A DNA stretch of 64,000 nt from Octopus vulgaris. Lineage: Eukaryota. The notes beneath the pieces were generated by a model. The model was not told where the DNA came from. It did no database searches and worked only from the letters and a program-made list of their open reading frames with translations. The DNA is taken from NCBI GenBank assembly GCA_951406725.2, contig OX597838.1, forward strand, positions 32,178,001 to 32,242,000, given 5' to 3'. The position numbers and the translations under genes were made by a program. Shown in pieces: positions 37,816-50,319 of this stretch. Each line of letters starts with the position of its first letter. Position 1 is the stretch's first letter.

Positions 37816-38506
37816 TTCTGTAGACATACACGACAACCACACAAACTGTAAAATATCCTTAAAAACAATGAGAACCTGACAAAGACTCGAACCCACGTCG
37901 CCTACGTTGTCCCCCCCCTCCCAACAACCGTTAACCATATATGTGACTCTCTGATCGTATCTTTGTATATTTCGGTAGGGATCGAATACTATTTCCGATA
38001 TTATAAATACGTTCTACTGATCGAACCCCAGCGTAAATAAACATCATCGATAATAAACAAACAAGTCGACTCGTCTCATCACACTTTACTGCAATATGTT
38101 CTCAAAAGACAAGGAAAATCACATTGCATAATGTAGTCCCAGATACATTGTGCCGTTGACAAAAAAAAAAAAAAAAAAAAAGGGTGTCATTGCTGGCTCA
38201 TCTTTGACTATTACAGGTCTGTTAGGGTTAGGGTGATTTAAGAGTTAAGCGAGATCTCTAACATCATCATCACTAAAGTTAGCAGGAGAGCCGCTAAGTG
38301 CTATCTCGACCAGCGAGCAACAGCAGTTAAATCTCCCTCAAAACACACACACCTTATGGCCTTAAAAAAAAAAAACAAAAAAAAACCGGCACCATTGTCG
38401 TAGATTAACGTGGATGACATGGGTCAGGTGTGGAAATGTAATTTGTTCACAAATTGGAGCCTGCCAGGTGCTAAAAAAAGGCATATAACCCAACCGTGTG
38501 TGAGTC

Positions 38507-38538
<32 letters not shown>

Positions 38539-38802
38539 TATAGCATCACCGATAAAAATTGGTGCGTGCCAAGTGTTATCGATATGTAATATAGACATGA
38601 GAAACGATGCTTCGGCGAAAGAGAAAATAGAGACGTTGTGGTGTTCAAGCATCGGCAAACAACACACGTGACTCGGCGAAAACGGATGTGCACCACTAAT
38701 GGAAGATGGAAAAGTCGCACCTCTAAATACTATTTATAAATACATCCACACATAAACGTAAAAGGTTTCTTCGACAAGCGCAAAGCCCAAATTTTGGAAC
38801 GA

Positions 38803-38864
<62 letters not shown>

Positions 38865-40235
38865 TTTTATTCCATTTGCTTGTTTTAGTCATTTGACAGC
38901 GGCCATGCTGGAGCACCATTTTAAAGAGTTTTAGTCAAGAAATCAACCCCAAGACCTATTCTTTGTAAGCCTACTTATTCTATCGGTTTCTTTTGCCGAC
39001 TACGGGGACATAAGCACACCAACATCGGTTGTCAAGCGATGGCGGGGAGATAAACACAGACACATGTATTAGCGGCACGCGGCTATAAAAGACAATTGCC
39101 CAAAGTGCCACGCCAGTGGAACTGAATGACTCTAGTTTTTGGCTGGGACTTTATTTTATCGATCCTGGAAAGAATGAATGGTAAAGTGGAATACGAAAAG
39201 CGGGCGTATAAGGATTTCTAAAGTTTGGCACATTTCGGGTGGTGGGTCATGTTAAATGTAGTCGATTATGTCAAACCTTAGTAGTTAACTGGTATTTTGT
39301 TTTACCGACACCAGTACTTTACTGGTACTTTATCGAGCCCGGAAGGCTCAAAAGCAAACTGACCTCGGCGGGATCTGCACTCAAAACGTAAATACCGATA
39401 ACACCGCAAGGTACTTTATCCGACTCTCTAACGCTTTTATCGCCCTAAATAATGTTTCTAACTCAAGCACAAGGCCACAAGTTTGAGGCAAGAAGGTTTA
39501 GGCGATTAAATCGCTTTCAGTACTTGAATGGTTAGGGTTGACTTGATTGGTTCTTCAGTTTATTGATCCCGGGAGGATAGATGAAATGTAAAGTTGATCT
39601 CAAACGGATTTGAACTGAGAATATAAAACGTTGTAATTTAATACCGACCCTCTAACGATTCTGCCCTCCATTGCATGCAAAGAAGAACAAAAATGGGATT
39701 ATGAAAGCTTTATGCTTTTTCTGGTGAGCACCGAATGTGGGGATGTGATGTGAAATAGCATCACAACTGACCAGAGAAAACCGGGTAGTAGGGGTGGTGG
39801 ACCTCGCTAGAAAAACTCACCCGTAACCCAATAAGTTCCTGGCAGTAGTTATTCTGTTCTGATCAAGCATGAAGTTAATACTTGGTGTGGGGGATACGTA
39901 ATAATAATTGAACGTGAATGGAGCGTTTCGTTTCGCGAAATATTCGATCAGAGAAACATAAATATAAAAATTTATTTACTCATCGACCCTCTCAACCCTC
40001 CACGCGAAATCTGAGCTTAGAACATGCAAAAAAAAATCATAAATCCAACTAAATTACTGCAACATAAATTTAGTTGGGCGCCTCTTCTGTTTTGGCGAAC
40101 TCCGTCTCCTGCTTACCCCGTCCCCTCATTTCATCTCCCCACTCTCTTTTTAATTATATATCAATCAACACAATAATCATTGGCATTGCATTAAATGTAA
40201 TATGTAAGGTAAAAAAAAAGTACAGATTTTCAGAC

Positions 40236-40279
<44 letters not shown>

Positions 40280-41361
40280 CAATTAAGGGTAGAAATTGAT
40301 ATTTATCAATTAAAACCAGTGGTCTAGCATATTAAAAAAGAATCCGAAGATTAAAATATTTATATATACCAATTAAGGACTGAACACGAAAAGTGGACAG
40401 TCAACATGCTAGATATAGACGTCAAATATATATATATATATATCCCTTGCACACAAGCATATATTACATATATAGACAACATGCATTTCGCTTGTCATAT
40501 ATAGTCTTTCTCGATTTACAACACAATCACATCACATGTATGAATATGTGAGTATATTATATATATATATATATATATATATTCGAATATGCCTCAAAAG
40601 GTGAAATTCGAAGTCCCAGTCAATCCGTACAAACAATAAATTTAACTAATACTAACACCCGTATTGAATCCTTCCATTAGTAAAAGTGATATTTTAAACT
40701 TAACAACCCTAATACATTAAAGATCGCCTACATTATATATATATATATATATATATACAGAAATTATATATATATACAGACAGAACACACGTTTTTTTAC
40801 CAGGTGTTAAATAACCATTGATATACATGCATTTATATTATATATACATATATATATATATACACATATATATTGTTACATGGATATATATATATCGTAA
40901 GCACATTAATTTCCAAAATACTCAGCATATATAATACACTACAAATACATTATATGTAATATATAGCTAATACAGACATAAATACATGTATATATATATA
41001 GCTGTTCGTCAGGTGTGTATATACATATATATATATATGTTAGAAGTATTGGGGGTGATGTATAGATTTAATACATATGACAGGAGCAGTTGAAAGCGCT
41101 AATATGAAGAAATAATAGGTGATATGTAAATAAATATATATTTTTACAACCATCCAGCATTCTGAACACCTTTTTTCTTTCTTATGTATATATGGATGTA
41201 TGTATGTGTGTGTATATATCATTCCTACATGCTTGCCTATTTACGCAAACAGTGTGTATAAAACGAAAGCTAAAAAGGAAAAAAGCGACATAGAATCCAA
41301 CTAGAAACCCTGTTGAATAATAAGCGTCCATAAAAGCTGTGTAATTCGAGGTTTTACTAAC

Positions 41362-41416
41362 CGTAAATGGTTCGCAAACGTCTTTCATTTACATCCACAT
41401 TGCCACGGCTCGCCAT
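41362..41416 (-). CDS. NAA25: NAA25 exon 1 (MASRGNVDVNERRLRTIY, ends phase 1)
   Basis: ATG at 41416 in AAGATGGCG context, donor G|GTTAGT. Matches the NAA25 N-terminal motif (D/E)RRLRPIY and is phase-compatible with exon 2. Confidence 0.93.
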
Positions 41417-41560
41417 CTTCACTGTGGAACTCTCACTACAAAAAAGGTAGACAAGACGATGGCGAACCACGTGACCGATAGTCCGTTGTTGTTGTTTAGC
41501 CCTAGGCTGACCATGATCGAGTAAACTTGTAAATCACAAGTAGTATTCCGCCCCCTGACC
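41405..41560 (-). promoter_or_regulatory. NAA25 5' end / proximal promoter region
   Basis: CpG-rich. YY1-type AAGATGGCG overlaps the start codon and an E-box CACGTGAC lies at 41468-41475. The transcription start site cannot be determined from sequence. Confidence 0.55.
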
Positions 41561-43119
41561 GTTTCGCCTGTTTTGGGTGGGGGGGTGGGGGTTATCTACT
41601 TCTACACTGTTTAATGTGTCCTTCGCATTTTAAAGACCAAAGTACGAGTTGGGAGGAGTTTGACTGCTGTTTCTAGCAGAACGAGCGACTTTGTACAAAT
41701 TCTATGTCTGGTGTCAGTCCTTCACCGTCTTAGCTGTTGCTTTGTGATGGTGGTGGTCGAATGGTACAGTGGTAGTGATGGTGGAGATGGTAATAGCGGT
41801 GGTGGTGGTGGTAGCTTCGCCGTTGTAGTTGTTCACCTTGCTTCTTTATGGTGCTGGCGATTTTGCTAATGATGTAGTTGTTGTTTTTGTTGTTGTTAGT
41901 GGCTGTTTCTTTTATTGTTATAATCATTCCTTTTGTTTGTCTTTGATTTTTTTAAATGAAATTGTTACTGTGGCTGCCAAGAAGTAGTTTATTTGCAAAT
42001 TTGAGTCGTACTAATCTTCACATCATGCAGTTAGAATTTAATTTTAGCATAGAAGCATCTGTTTATTATTATTATTATTGGCGTTACTACTCTCTCTCAA
42101 GACACAACAAAATAATAATAACAGCAAGTTGCGATCCTAGTTTTTTTTTTTTAATAATTTATGTATCACGTGGTAAGAGAGAGTGCTCTCCCTTACTTAA
42201 ACCGGAAGTTGAACCTCAGCATTATTCGTTGAGTAAAGTCTTTGGTCTTCAAATGTCTCTGTCGTTATTCCTTACTACAGTTTAATCATCAAATCAAATA
42301 TTGACATTGTTTTGAGCCCTTAAAGACTGGAGACAATTCCTTCTCAATCAGTAGACAACCTCTGAAATATAAATGCTAGTTTAGGTACATTTTAATAATT
42401 TCTTGCTAGTATTTCTGACCTTGCAGACGACACACTGTCTCATAAACTAAGAATCACGAGAATTATTCGAGCTTGCTGCAGATTGTGACAATTGCGAGGT
42501 CTTGATAATTTTACCCGACGGATGTCCACTTTAAACCTGTGAATAAGTTGTTTTTTTTTGCGAGCTATAAAGTCATGGCTTGCAAACAACCGTTAAACGA
42601 TTCCCGGGGTCGATTTCTTCAAGGCTCAAAATTCCTGGCTAAAGAACATCAATAGAACTGTATGCAAAAACATTCCATAAGGGACGCTTTCATTTCTAGA
42701 ATAGTATCAACCAACATGAAGCTAAGACTACAAGAAAATAAACCGCAGGACTTCAAATCAGTCGTTTATAAATATATCAGAATAACATTGCTGGCTCAGT
42801 GGTTAAATCGTCGAGCTCACAACCATGTGGTTGTAAGTTCAATTCCTGGACCGGGCTGTGTATTGTGTTCTTGAGCAAGACACTTTATTTCATGTTGCTC
42901 CAGTTCACTCAGCTGTAGACGTTGCAGGTGCCAAGCTGTATTAACCTTTGCCTTGCCCTTGGACAACATCAGTGGCATGGAGAGGGGAGGCTGGTATGCA
43001 TTGCCGACTGCTGGTCTTCCATAAATAATCTTGTCTGGATTTATGCCTCAAGGGGTTACTCTCTAGGCGCATTTCCATTGTCATTCATGATCAAAGGGGG
43101 TCTTTACCCACTTAAAGTA

Positions 43120-43945
43120 GCAAGCTGGCAGATTTGTTAACATGCTGGTCGAAACAATTAGGATTTGTCCATCCTCATGTTCTGAGTTCAAATTCTGTCG
43201 AGGTTGGCTTTATCTTTCATTCTTTTGGGAGTCAATAAAATAAGTACCAGTTACGCACTGGGGTCAATGTAATTGACTATCATCTACCTGAAATTGCTGC
43301 CCTTCTGCTACATTTTAATATTCTTTTGTACTCTAGGCACAAGGCCCGAAATTTGAAGGGGAGGAGGGCCAGTCGATTAGATCGACCCTAGTACACAACT
43401 GGGACTTAATTTATCGATCTCAGTGGAATTTGAACTCAGAACATAAAGGGAGACAAAATACCAATTTCTTTACTACCCACAAGGGGCTAAACACAGAGAG
43501 GACAAACAAGGACAGACAAACGGATTAAGTCGATTATATCGACTCCAGTGCATAACTGGTACTTATTTAATTGACCCCAAAAGGATGAAAGGCAAAGTCG
43601 ACCTTGGCGGAATTTGAACTCAGAATGTAGCGGCAGACGAAATACTGTTAAGCATTTCGCCTGGTGTGCTAACGATTCTTCCAGCTCGCTGCCTTACATC
43701 TTAATATTACTTGTTTAAAAGGGTAGTGAACAGACAGAAACGTTAGCATGCCGGGCGAAATGCTTAGTGGTGTTTCGTCTGCCGTTACATTCTGAGTTTA
43801 AATTCCACTGAGGTTGACTTTGCCTTTCATGCTTTCAGGGTCGATTAAATAAGTATCAGTTACGCACTGGGGTCGATGTAATCGACTTATTCCCTTTGTC
43901 TGTCCCCTCTGTGTTTAGCCTCCTGTGAGCAATAAAGAAATAAAT
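43120..43945. mobile_element. Cluster of four SINE family B copies in alternating orientation
   Basis: Copies at about 43120-43300(+), 43320-43460(-), 43465-43695(-) and 43720-43945(+). Confidence 0.8.
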
Positions 43946-44976
43946 ATTACTTGTTTAAAGGTATTCTGAGGAAGACTGCAGATTCAATAAGACAATAGAT
44001 TCACTGCATAATCAAAGTGGTCACCAGAAAATCTAAGAATTAAATCTTGGAGTATTCCGGCTGGAGCAGTTTCCCTCATATTATTTGTTGTAGGTGTGCA
44101 TAGAAATTTGCTTGAGTGCAACATTTTTGTCTTTCTGTACAAATAATGTATGCAAAGTATGTGCACATTCATGCATGTAAACATTTGCAATTTTTGAAAA
44201 TTGAAAATTGAATCTCATCTGAAAAAATTTGTGCATTCACGTTTTCCCCATTTGTGCATTTGTTATAAAACATGTGCACGCACACATTTCCCCCATTTGT
44301 GTGCTTCTTGTAAAACATGATTGCGCACATAAGCTCACAGCTTAGATGGAACATTAGGCTGGAGTAACACCCACACCTACCAAAACATGAAAATCACAAA
44401 CAAGGCCTTGTGCTTGACTTCTGTGTCACAATCAACATGGATATTCTTGTTGATGCATTTTCTGTGCCTTTCAATCGTATTTATGTTCCTGTAAAGTTGG
44501 TCTCAACTTTAGCACGACGGATGAAATGTGTAGCCATATTTCATCTGTCGTTACGTTGTGAGTTCAAATTCCACCGAGGTCGACTTTGCCTTTCGTCCTT
44601 TCGGGGTCGATAAATTAAGTACCAGTTACGCACTGGGGTCGATGTAATCGACTTAATACCTATGTCTGTCCTTGTTTGTCCCCTCTGTGTTTAACCCCTA
44701 GTGGGTAATAAAGAAATAGGTATCAACATGTCTATCATAAACAACCACCACAATTAAAGACCATCTTTATACAGTTTCTCCACTGATTGGGACAATTGCC
44801 TCGATAACAAGACTTTCATTTGAACTTACGAATGCAGGGACCGCTTTCCAATGATTGATGAACAAAATGATCCAGTTGAATATTCATGAATCTTCTTCCT
44901 GGTATTTACACGACATCATTGCTTGTGGTAACTTTATTAAACACCACGACTTACCACATACAGATAATTCTATGTA

Positions 44977-45272
44977 CAGTGGAACCTCATTTTGTGAACA
45001 CTAATTAAGGAACGATTTTTCGAATATAAAACTTCTCGGGTGGTGAAGAGTGACTCGAGTAACAAATACGCAACAACGGGTTAGTAAGAAACTGTGTGAA
45101 TCAGTGGGAGAGCATCAGTTTCTATCTAGCTTTCACTCATTGCACATCCCACCTCGGATTCACTGTGCCATCTCCTGAATTTCCTATGGCAAAAATAGTT
45201 TCAGTTTACAAAGATTTCAGATAACGAACAGCCTCCAAGAGTAAATTGAATTTGTAAACGAAGGTTCCATTT
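44977..45272. mobile_element. Tc1/pogo-like MITE inside the Gypsy fossil
   Basis: TA-CAGTGGAACCTC ... GAAGGTTCCATTT-TA degenerate TIRs. Confidence 0.6.
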
Positions 45273-46519
45273 TATCTTAACGTAATCCTTCGTAGAGATC
45301 ACTTACATCTTTGTCTTGAATCTGTTGTTATACTTGTAGAAAAAGGGCGGTGAGCTGGCAGAAACGTTAGCACGTTGGGCGAAGTGCGTAGCCGTATTTC
45401 GTCTGCCGCTACGTTCTGAGTTCAAATTCTGCCAAGGTCGACTTTGCCTTTCATCCTTTCGGGGTCGATAAATAAAGTACCAGTTACGCACTGGGGTCAA
45501 TGTAATCGACTTAATCCATTCGTCTGTCCTTGTTCATCCCCTCTGTGTTTAGCCCCTTGTGGGTAGTAAAGAAATTTATACTTGTAGAAATAAAATTTGC
45601 TGATATTCGATCTGTTAAACTTTTGATTCACTGATAGTTTTGCTTATCAACATTGTTTTCAACTCTTTGTCTAAGCTGCAGACAGAAAACTGATTTTAGA
45701 AAGTTATATTTTGACCTCACCGGTTTCTGTTTCAATAAATCATCTGCTCAATTCTTCAAGTTCCTTCCAGCAGTTAGTGTCACACTTCCAACAGATACAC
45801 ACTCCTTTAGTCCCAGGCCTACTCAGCCCAGTGTTGAAATTGAAAATTCTATCTCCATTCCAATATGAGAGCCAAGTGTTAAGAGCAATTGCCAACTGTC
45901 TATTGAGCTGGAGTTGCCAGCAACACAGCAAACCCACTCAGTCAATGGCAGCTATGGCCAGCAGCTGTCAGGTAATACCCAACTGATTCTCTGCTACCTG
46001 CCACATTATACACACATTTGTCTAAATATTGATAAATAAACATTTTCACAACCATACTTTTCATATATGTTGCTAGCTAGACATATATCCATATTTGAAT
46101 CACTAGAACAGTGGTTCCTAACCTTTTCACTACCAAGGACCCCTTTTATTTAAATGAGTTTTCCCATGGACCCCTTTTAACATGCTTATCCTTATGCATA
46201 TATAAATATATATATATACATACACACACACATATACATATATATATACACACATATGTATATATATACATATATATATATATACATATATATTACATCG
46301 ACCCCAGTGCGTAACTGGTACTTAATTTATCGGCCCCGAAAGGATGAAAGGCAAAGTCGACCTCGGCGGAATTTGAACTCAGAACATAACGACAGACGAA
46401 ATACAGCTACGCATTTCGCCCGGTGTGCTAACGTTTCTGCCAGCTCGCCGCCTTTTTATTTATTACTATATGCTGATATCAACTGTCATCCATTGTTCGA
46501 TGCCTCAAACATTTATTCT

Positions 46520-46869
46520 TTGGCACGTAAAAAGCACCATTCGAGCGTGATTGTTACCAGCATCGCCTTACTGGCACTTGTGCCGGTGGCACGTGAAAAA
46601 ACATTCGAGTGAGGTCGTTGTCAGGTGGCATGTAAAAAACACCATTTGAGCATGACCGTTGTCAGTACCACCTGACTGGCCCTGTGCCGGTGGCATGTAA
46701 AAATCACCCACTACACTCTTGGAGTGGTTGGTGTTAGGAAGGGCATCCAGTTGTAGAAACTCTGCCAGATCAAGATTGGAGTCTGGTGCAGCCATCTGGT
46801 TCGCCAGGCCTCAGTCAAATCGTCCAACCCATGCTAACATGGAAAGCGGATGTTAAACGATGATGATGA
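46520..46869 (+). mobile_element. Family C
   Basis: Forward copy; a similar copy lies at 58190-58606 and a reverse copy at 51291-51545. Confidence 0.85.
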
Positions 46870-47152
46870 ATGTTGCAAACCCACCCCCGCCTCATGTTTA
46901 CCATTCTTGATAAACAATCCAACTGCAAAAGTGCAGTGTGCATCAATTCAAACCACAATGGTAACTCAAAACGAGAAACACACACACACTCGAAGCTACC
47001 TGAAGACACCATTAACACCTGCTTACCATTGACAGTTATGCTCTGTCGACAGTGTTAAATAAATTTTTTTTTTTCTGGTGCTCTCTTCGTCTCTAGTTGG
47101 AACTAACGAGTGCCTTGAACAATGATACAAGATATCAATTCAGGCAAAATTC

Positions 47153-47671
47153 GGATCTTTTCCTTCTGAACGGCAGACAATTTCTAGTTAACTAAACACT
47201 TTTAAACTTCGTATACTGGTAGAATGTGTCAAAATAAAACATTTTTTTCTCTTGGCTTTCTTGATAAAATTGTAATTCGTTTGTTTAACGTAGTTTAATT
47301 TTTCGAATTTTAACCAATCCTATGCTCTCTTTTGAGCTAAAATCATTTGCTGCGTCTAAAACAGACAACATCCTGTCACTACCCCTCAACCTAACCCTAA
47401 TCCTTTTTTTTTTTTCTTAATTGTTAAATTAATTTAATTGTTACGCATGTAAAAAAAACCGAAAGCAATGGAAAATGATTTTAGCCGATTGGTTAAAATT
47501 GCCTAAATGCTCGGATTTTCAGATGAAATATCTTACAAACTATAGAATTTTCTCAATAAAGCCAAGAAAAAAATGATGTTTTATAAACACATTCTACCAG
47601 TATACGAAGTTTAAAAGTGTTTAGATAACTAGAAATTGTGTTGACATCTGCCGTTCAAAAGGAAAAGATCC
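47153..47671. mobile_element. Merlin-like MITE with long TIRs and 8-bp TSD
   Basis: Termini GGATCTTTTCC...GGAAAAGATCC, imperfect TIRs over 100 bp, TSD CAAAATTC (47145-52 and 47672-79), internal CCTAACCCTAA. Superfamily assignment is inferred from GG termini plus 8-bp TSD. Confidence 0.8.
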
Positions 47672-47930
47672 CAAAATTCTTTGAAACAACAAAGAATTCC
47701 ACAAAGTAGAATCCCTCCCTATTACCCTTAAGTGTATTGGGGATGTGACAGAACCAATCAGACAACACAACAAGTCAATATTGTTAGCTTTAAGGCGGCA
47801 AGCTGGCAGAATCGTTAGAGTTCCCGGCAAAATGCTTAGTAGTATTTCGTCTGTCTTTACGTTCTGAGTTCAAATTCTGCTGAGGTCGGCTTTGCCTTTC
47901 ATCCTTTCAGGGTCGATAAAATAAGTACCA

Positions 47931-48318
47931 GTTGAGCACTTGGGTCAATGTAACCCACTTATTCCCTTCCCCGAAATTGCTGACCTTGTACCAAAATTTG
48001 AAACTAATATTGTAATCTTTAAAGTCACAGAATCTTCCAGAATTTTATTTGTACAGATGTTGAGCACTTGGGTCAATGTAACCCACTTATTCCCTTCCCC
48101 GAAATTGCTGACCTTGTACCAAAATTTGAAACTAATATTGTAATCTTTAAAGTCACAGAATCTTCCAGAATTTTATTTGTACAGATGTTGAGCACTTGGG
48201 TCAATGTAACCCACTTATTCCCTTCCCCGAAATTGCTGACCTTGTACCAAAATTTGAAACTAATATTGTAATCTTTAAAGTCACAGAATCTTCCAGAATT
48301 TTATTTGTACAGATGTTG
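47931..48318. repeat. Tandem repeat, 3 x 128 bp
   Basis: Units start at 47931, 48059 and 48187; explains the duplicated ORFs at 47940 and 48068. Confidence 0.95.
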
Positions 48319-48617
48319 CTGTTTCATTATCATTATTAATATCACAACTTCAACATTCACTTCTCTCTGTGTAATTCAACTGCTTCTAATGAATCAATTA
48401 ACTACCGTTCCTTCATGAAACACACTTCTCCTCCACTTAGTGTTACTTTATCGTCTTGCTTAATTCTGCTGACGTTGACCTAATGAAACAAACACAAACA
48501 TGTGCACACATGCAGAAGCAATGTCATAACAGGTTTTACCTTTGTTCAGAAAAGTCCTGCAGATGTAGACATTGTGTTCCATTTTGTGATTTGTCAAAAT
48601 GTCTCCAACATCTCCGA

Positions 48618-48834
48618 TTATAAATAGCCAAGTTTTTTCAAATTAGGCTTCACAAATGCTGATTCATTTCCAGGCCTCAATAACATTTTCGCCTCCTCAT
48701 TCTTCGTTCTATGACAATCCTCTTTCACAAGAGGGACATTTTTTGTTTTTGAGTCAGCAGAGATTGGGGATATTATTTCATGGAGCCTATCGTGCCCACC
48801 ACTCCTGTTTATGAACTTTGTCGTCCAAAAAGAG
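48618..48834 (-). CDS. Putative second exon of the 120-aa ORF (TSFWTTKFINRSGGHDRLHE...VKPNLKKLGYL*)
   Basis: Pyrimidine-rich acceptor CTTTCTGTTGATTTTGTAG at 48835; 71 open codons to TAA at 48618-20. Confidence 0.35.
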
Positions 48835-49239
48835 CTACAAAATCAACAGAAAGAGTAAATCTGAGACTTTATTTCGAGTATAAACATTTGAAAAGAAGAA
48901 TTTTATTGAATTGAAAAAAAGGAATTGCTTTGAAATTTTGGTACAAGGTCAGTGATTTCAGGGGAGGGGGTTACGTCGATTTCATCCACCCCACTGTCTG
49001 ACTGGTACTTATTTTATTGACCCCAGAATGATGAAAAGCAAAGTTGACCCCCAGCGGAATTTGAACACAGAACGTCTAGATCAACAAAGTGCTGCTGAGC
49101 TTTCTGTCCAGCGTGCTAACGATTTTGCCAGTTTGCTGCCTTACGAATGGGAGGCGGGGGGGGGGGGATTAAAATCAGTTAAAAGTTGAATGAAAGCTTG
49201 GAACAGTGAATGACTGAACGTTCTTTTGTAAAGAGTGTC

Positions 49240-49790
49240 ATGGTACTCCGTCGGTTACGACGACAAGGGTCCCAGTTGATCCGTTCAACGGAACAGCCTG
49301 CTCGTGAAATTAACATGTAAGTGGCTGAGCACTCCACAGACACGTGTACCTATTTCTTTACTACCCACAAGGGGCTAAACACAGAGAGGACAAATAAGGA
49401 CAGACAAACGGATTAAGTCGATTATATCGACCCCAGTGCGTAACTGGTACTTATTTAATTGACAAGGCGGCAAGCTGGCAGAAGCTTAGCGGTATTTCGT
49501 CTGCCGCTACGTTCTGAGTTCAAATTCTGCCAAGGTCGACTTTGCCTTTCATCCTTTCGGGGTCGATTAAATAAGTACCAGTTACACACTGGGGTCGATA
49601 TAATCGACTGAATCCGTTTGTCCTCTCTGTGTTTAGCCCCTTGTGGGTAGTAAAGAAAGAGGTACTTATTTAATTGACCCCAAAAGGATGAAAGGCAAAG
49701 TCGACCTCGGCGTGTACCCTTAATGTAGTTCTCCGAGATTAAGCATGACACAGTGTGATGAGGCTGGCCCTTTGAAATACAGGTACAACA
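49240..49790. mobile_element. Nested SINEs (family B in family B in an older SINE)
   Basis: The outer SINE is split at duplicated CGTGTACC; the inner copies are in opposite orientations with duplicated GGTACTTATTTAATTGAC. Confidence 0.75.
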
Positions 49791-50051
49791 GAAACAGGAA
49801 GAAAGAGTGAGAGAAAGTTGTGGTGAAAGAGTACATCAGGGTTCACCACCAACCCCTGCCAGAGCCTTGTGGAGCTTTAGGTGCTTTCGCTAAACACTCA
49901 CAATGCCCGGTCTGATAATCGAAACTGTGATCCCACGATCGTGAATCTGCTGCCCTAACCACTGGGCCTCCACTGTTAGGGTGTAACAGGCAAATAACTG
50001 TATTTTATAAGTTGGCATAACTGTAGTTATAATGGAGACGATGGTGATGGT

Positions 50052-50319
50052 GGTAGCAAAAAAGGGAAGCAAAAAAGGGTAGCAAAAAAGGGAAGCAAAA
50101 AAAGGGTAGCAAAAAAGGGTAGCAAAAAAGGGTAGCAAAAAGGGAAGCAAAAAAGGGAAGTAAAAAAGGGAAGCAAAAAAGGGGAGCAAAGAAGGGTTGC
50201 AAAAAAGGGTAGCAAAAAAGGGAAGCAAAAAAGGGTTGCAAAAAAGGGTTGCAAAAAAGGGTAGCAAAAAAGGGAAGCAAAAAAAAGGGTAGCAAAAAAG
50301 GGAAGCAAAAAAGGGAAGC
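50052..50319. repeat. 13-bp minisatellite (GGG[TA][AT]GCAAAAAA), about 20 units
   Basis: Directly visible. Confidence 0.95.

Larger units (their letters stand above)
938..41416 (-). other. NAA25: NAA25 gene span within window (exons 1-12; 3' part continues beyond position 1)
   Basis: 12 exons (55+86+139+197+106+81+112+90+164+113+69+136 = 1348 nt) join in frame with GT-AG boundaries. Translation MASRGNVDVNERRLRTIYECLDLGNNKKAVQEADKLLKK...KNPYYFWAVMSIVMQ...YLPLAERM...KEDKIEAEAE...LRGPYLARL...FGDKARCFGD is colinear with animal NAA25/MDM20 as I recall it. Confidence 0.96.
42130..46060 (+). mobile_element. Fossil Ty3/Gypsy LTR retrotransposon (gag and RT remnants), interrupted by SINEs and MITEs
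   Basis: Gag-like IDIVLSP*RLET at 42300 and SIRDAFISRIVSTNMKLRLQENK at ~42675-42745. RT-like HENHKQGLVLDFCVTIN..DAF at 44385-44460 and RLSFELTNAGTAFQ*LMNK...WYLHDII at 44810-44920. Possible LTR end ...ACTACA at 42279. Multiple stops and frameshifts. Confidence 0.8.
46870..48834 (-). pseudogene. Decayed hAT/ZBED-type transposase (BED zinc finger plus TRWNS-like segment)
   Basis: Removing two single extra bases gives SEMWRHFDKSQNGTQCYICRTFLNKGK (48535-48617), a BED pattern W-x-HF...CxxC. After excising the MITE, LRVIGRDSTLWNSLLFQRILPELISCI (47120-47740) resembles hAT L..D..TRWNS...L.R..EL. Confidence 0.6.

Noticed and set aside
38221-38234. Interstitial telomere
   Set aside because: Only two TTAGGG units.
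39821-39870. Alternative coding first exon of NAA25 (MLDQNRITTARNLLGY)
   Set aside because: Ends in phase 2 whereas exon 2 needs phase 1, and the phase-1 frame has a stop just upstream.
41459-41525. Divergent gene starting ATGGCG on the + strand
   Set aside because: Stops after about 21 codons, has no convincing donor and runs into repeat-derived sequence.
46960-47045. Retroviral protease-like ITVNGKQVLMVSSGS on the minus strand
   Set aside because: Lacks the catalytic Asp and has no supporting gag or RT on that strand.
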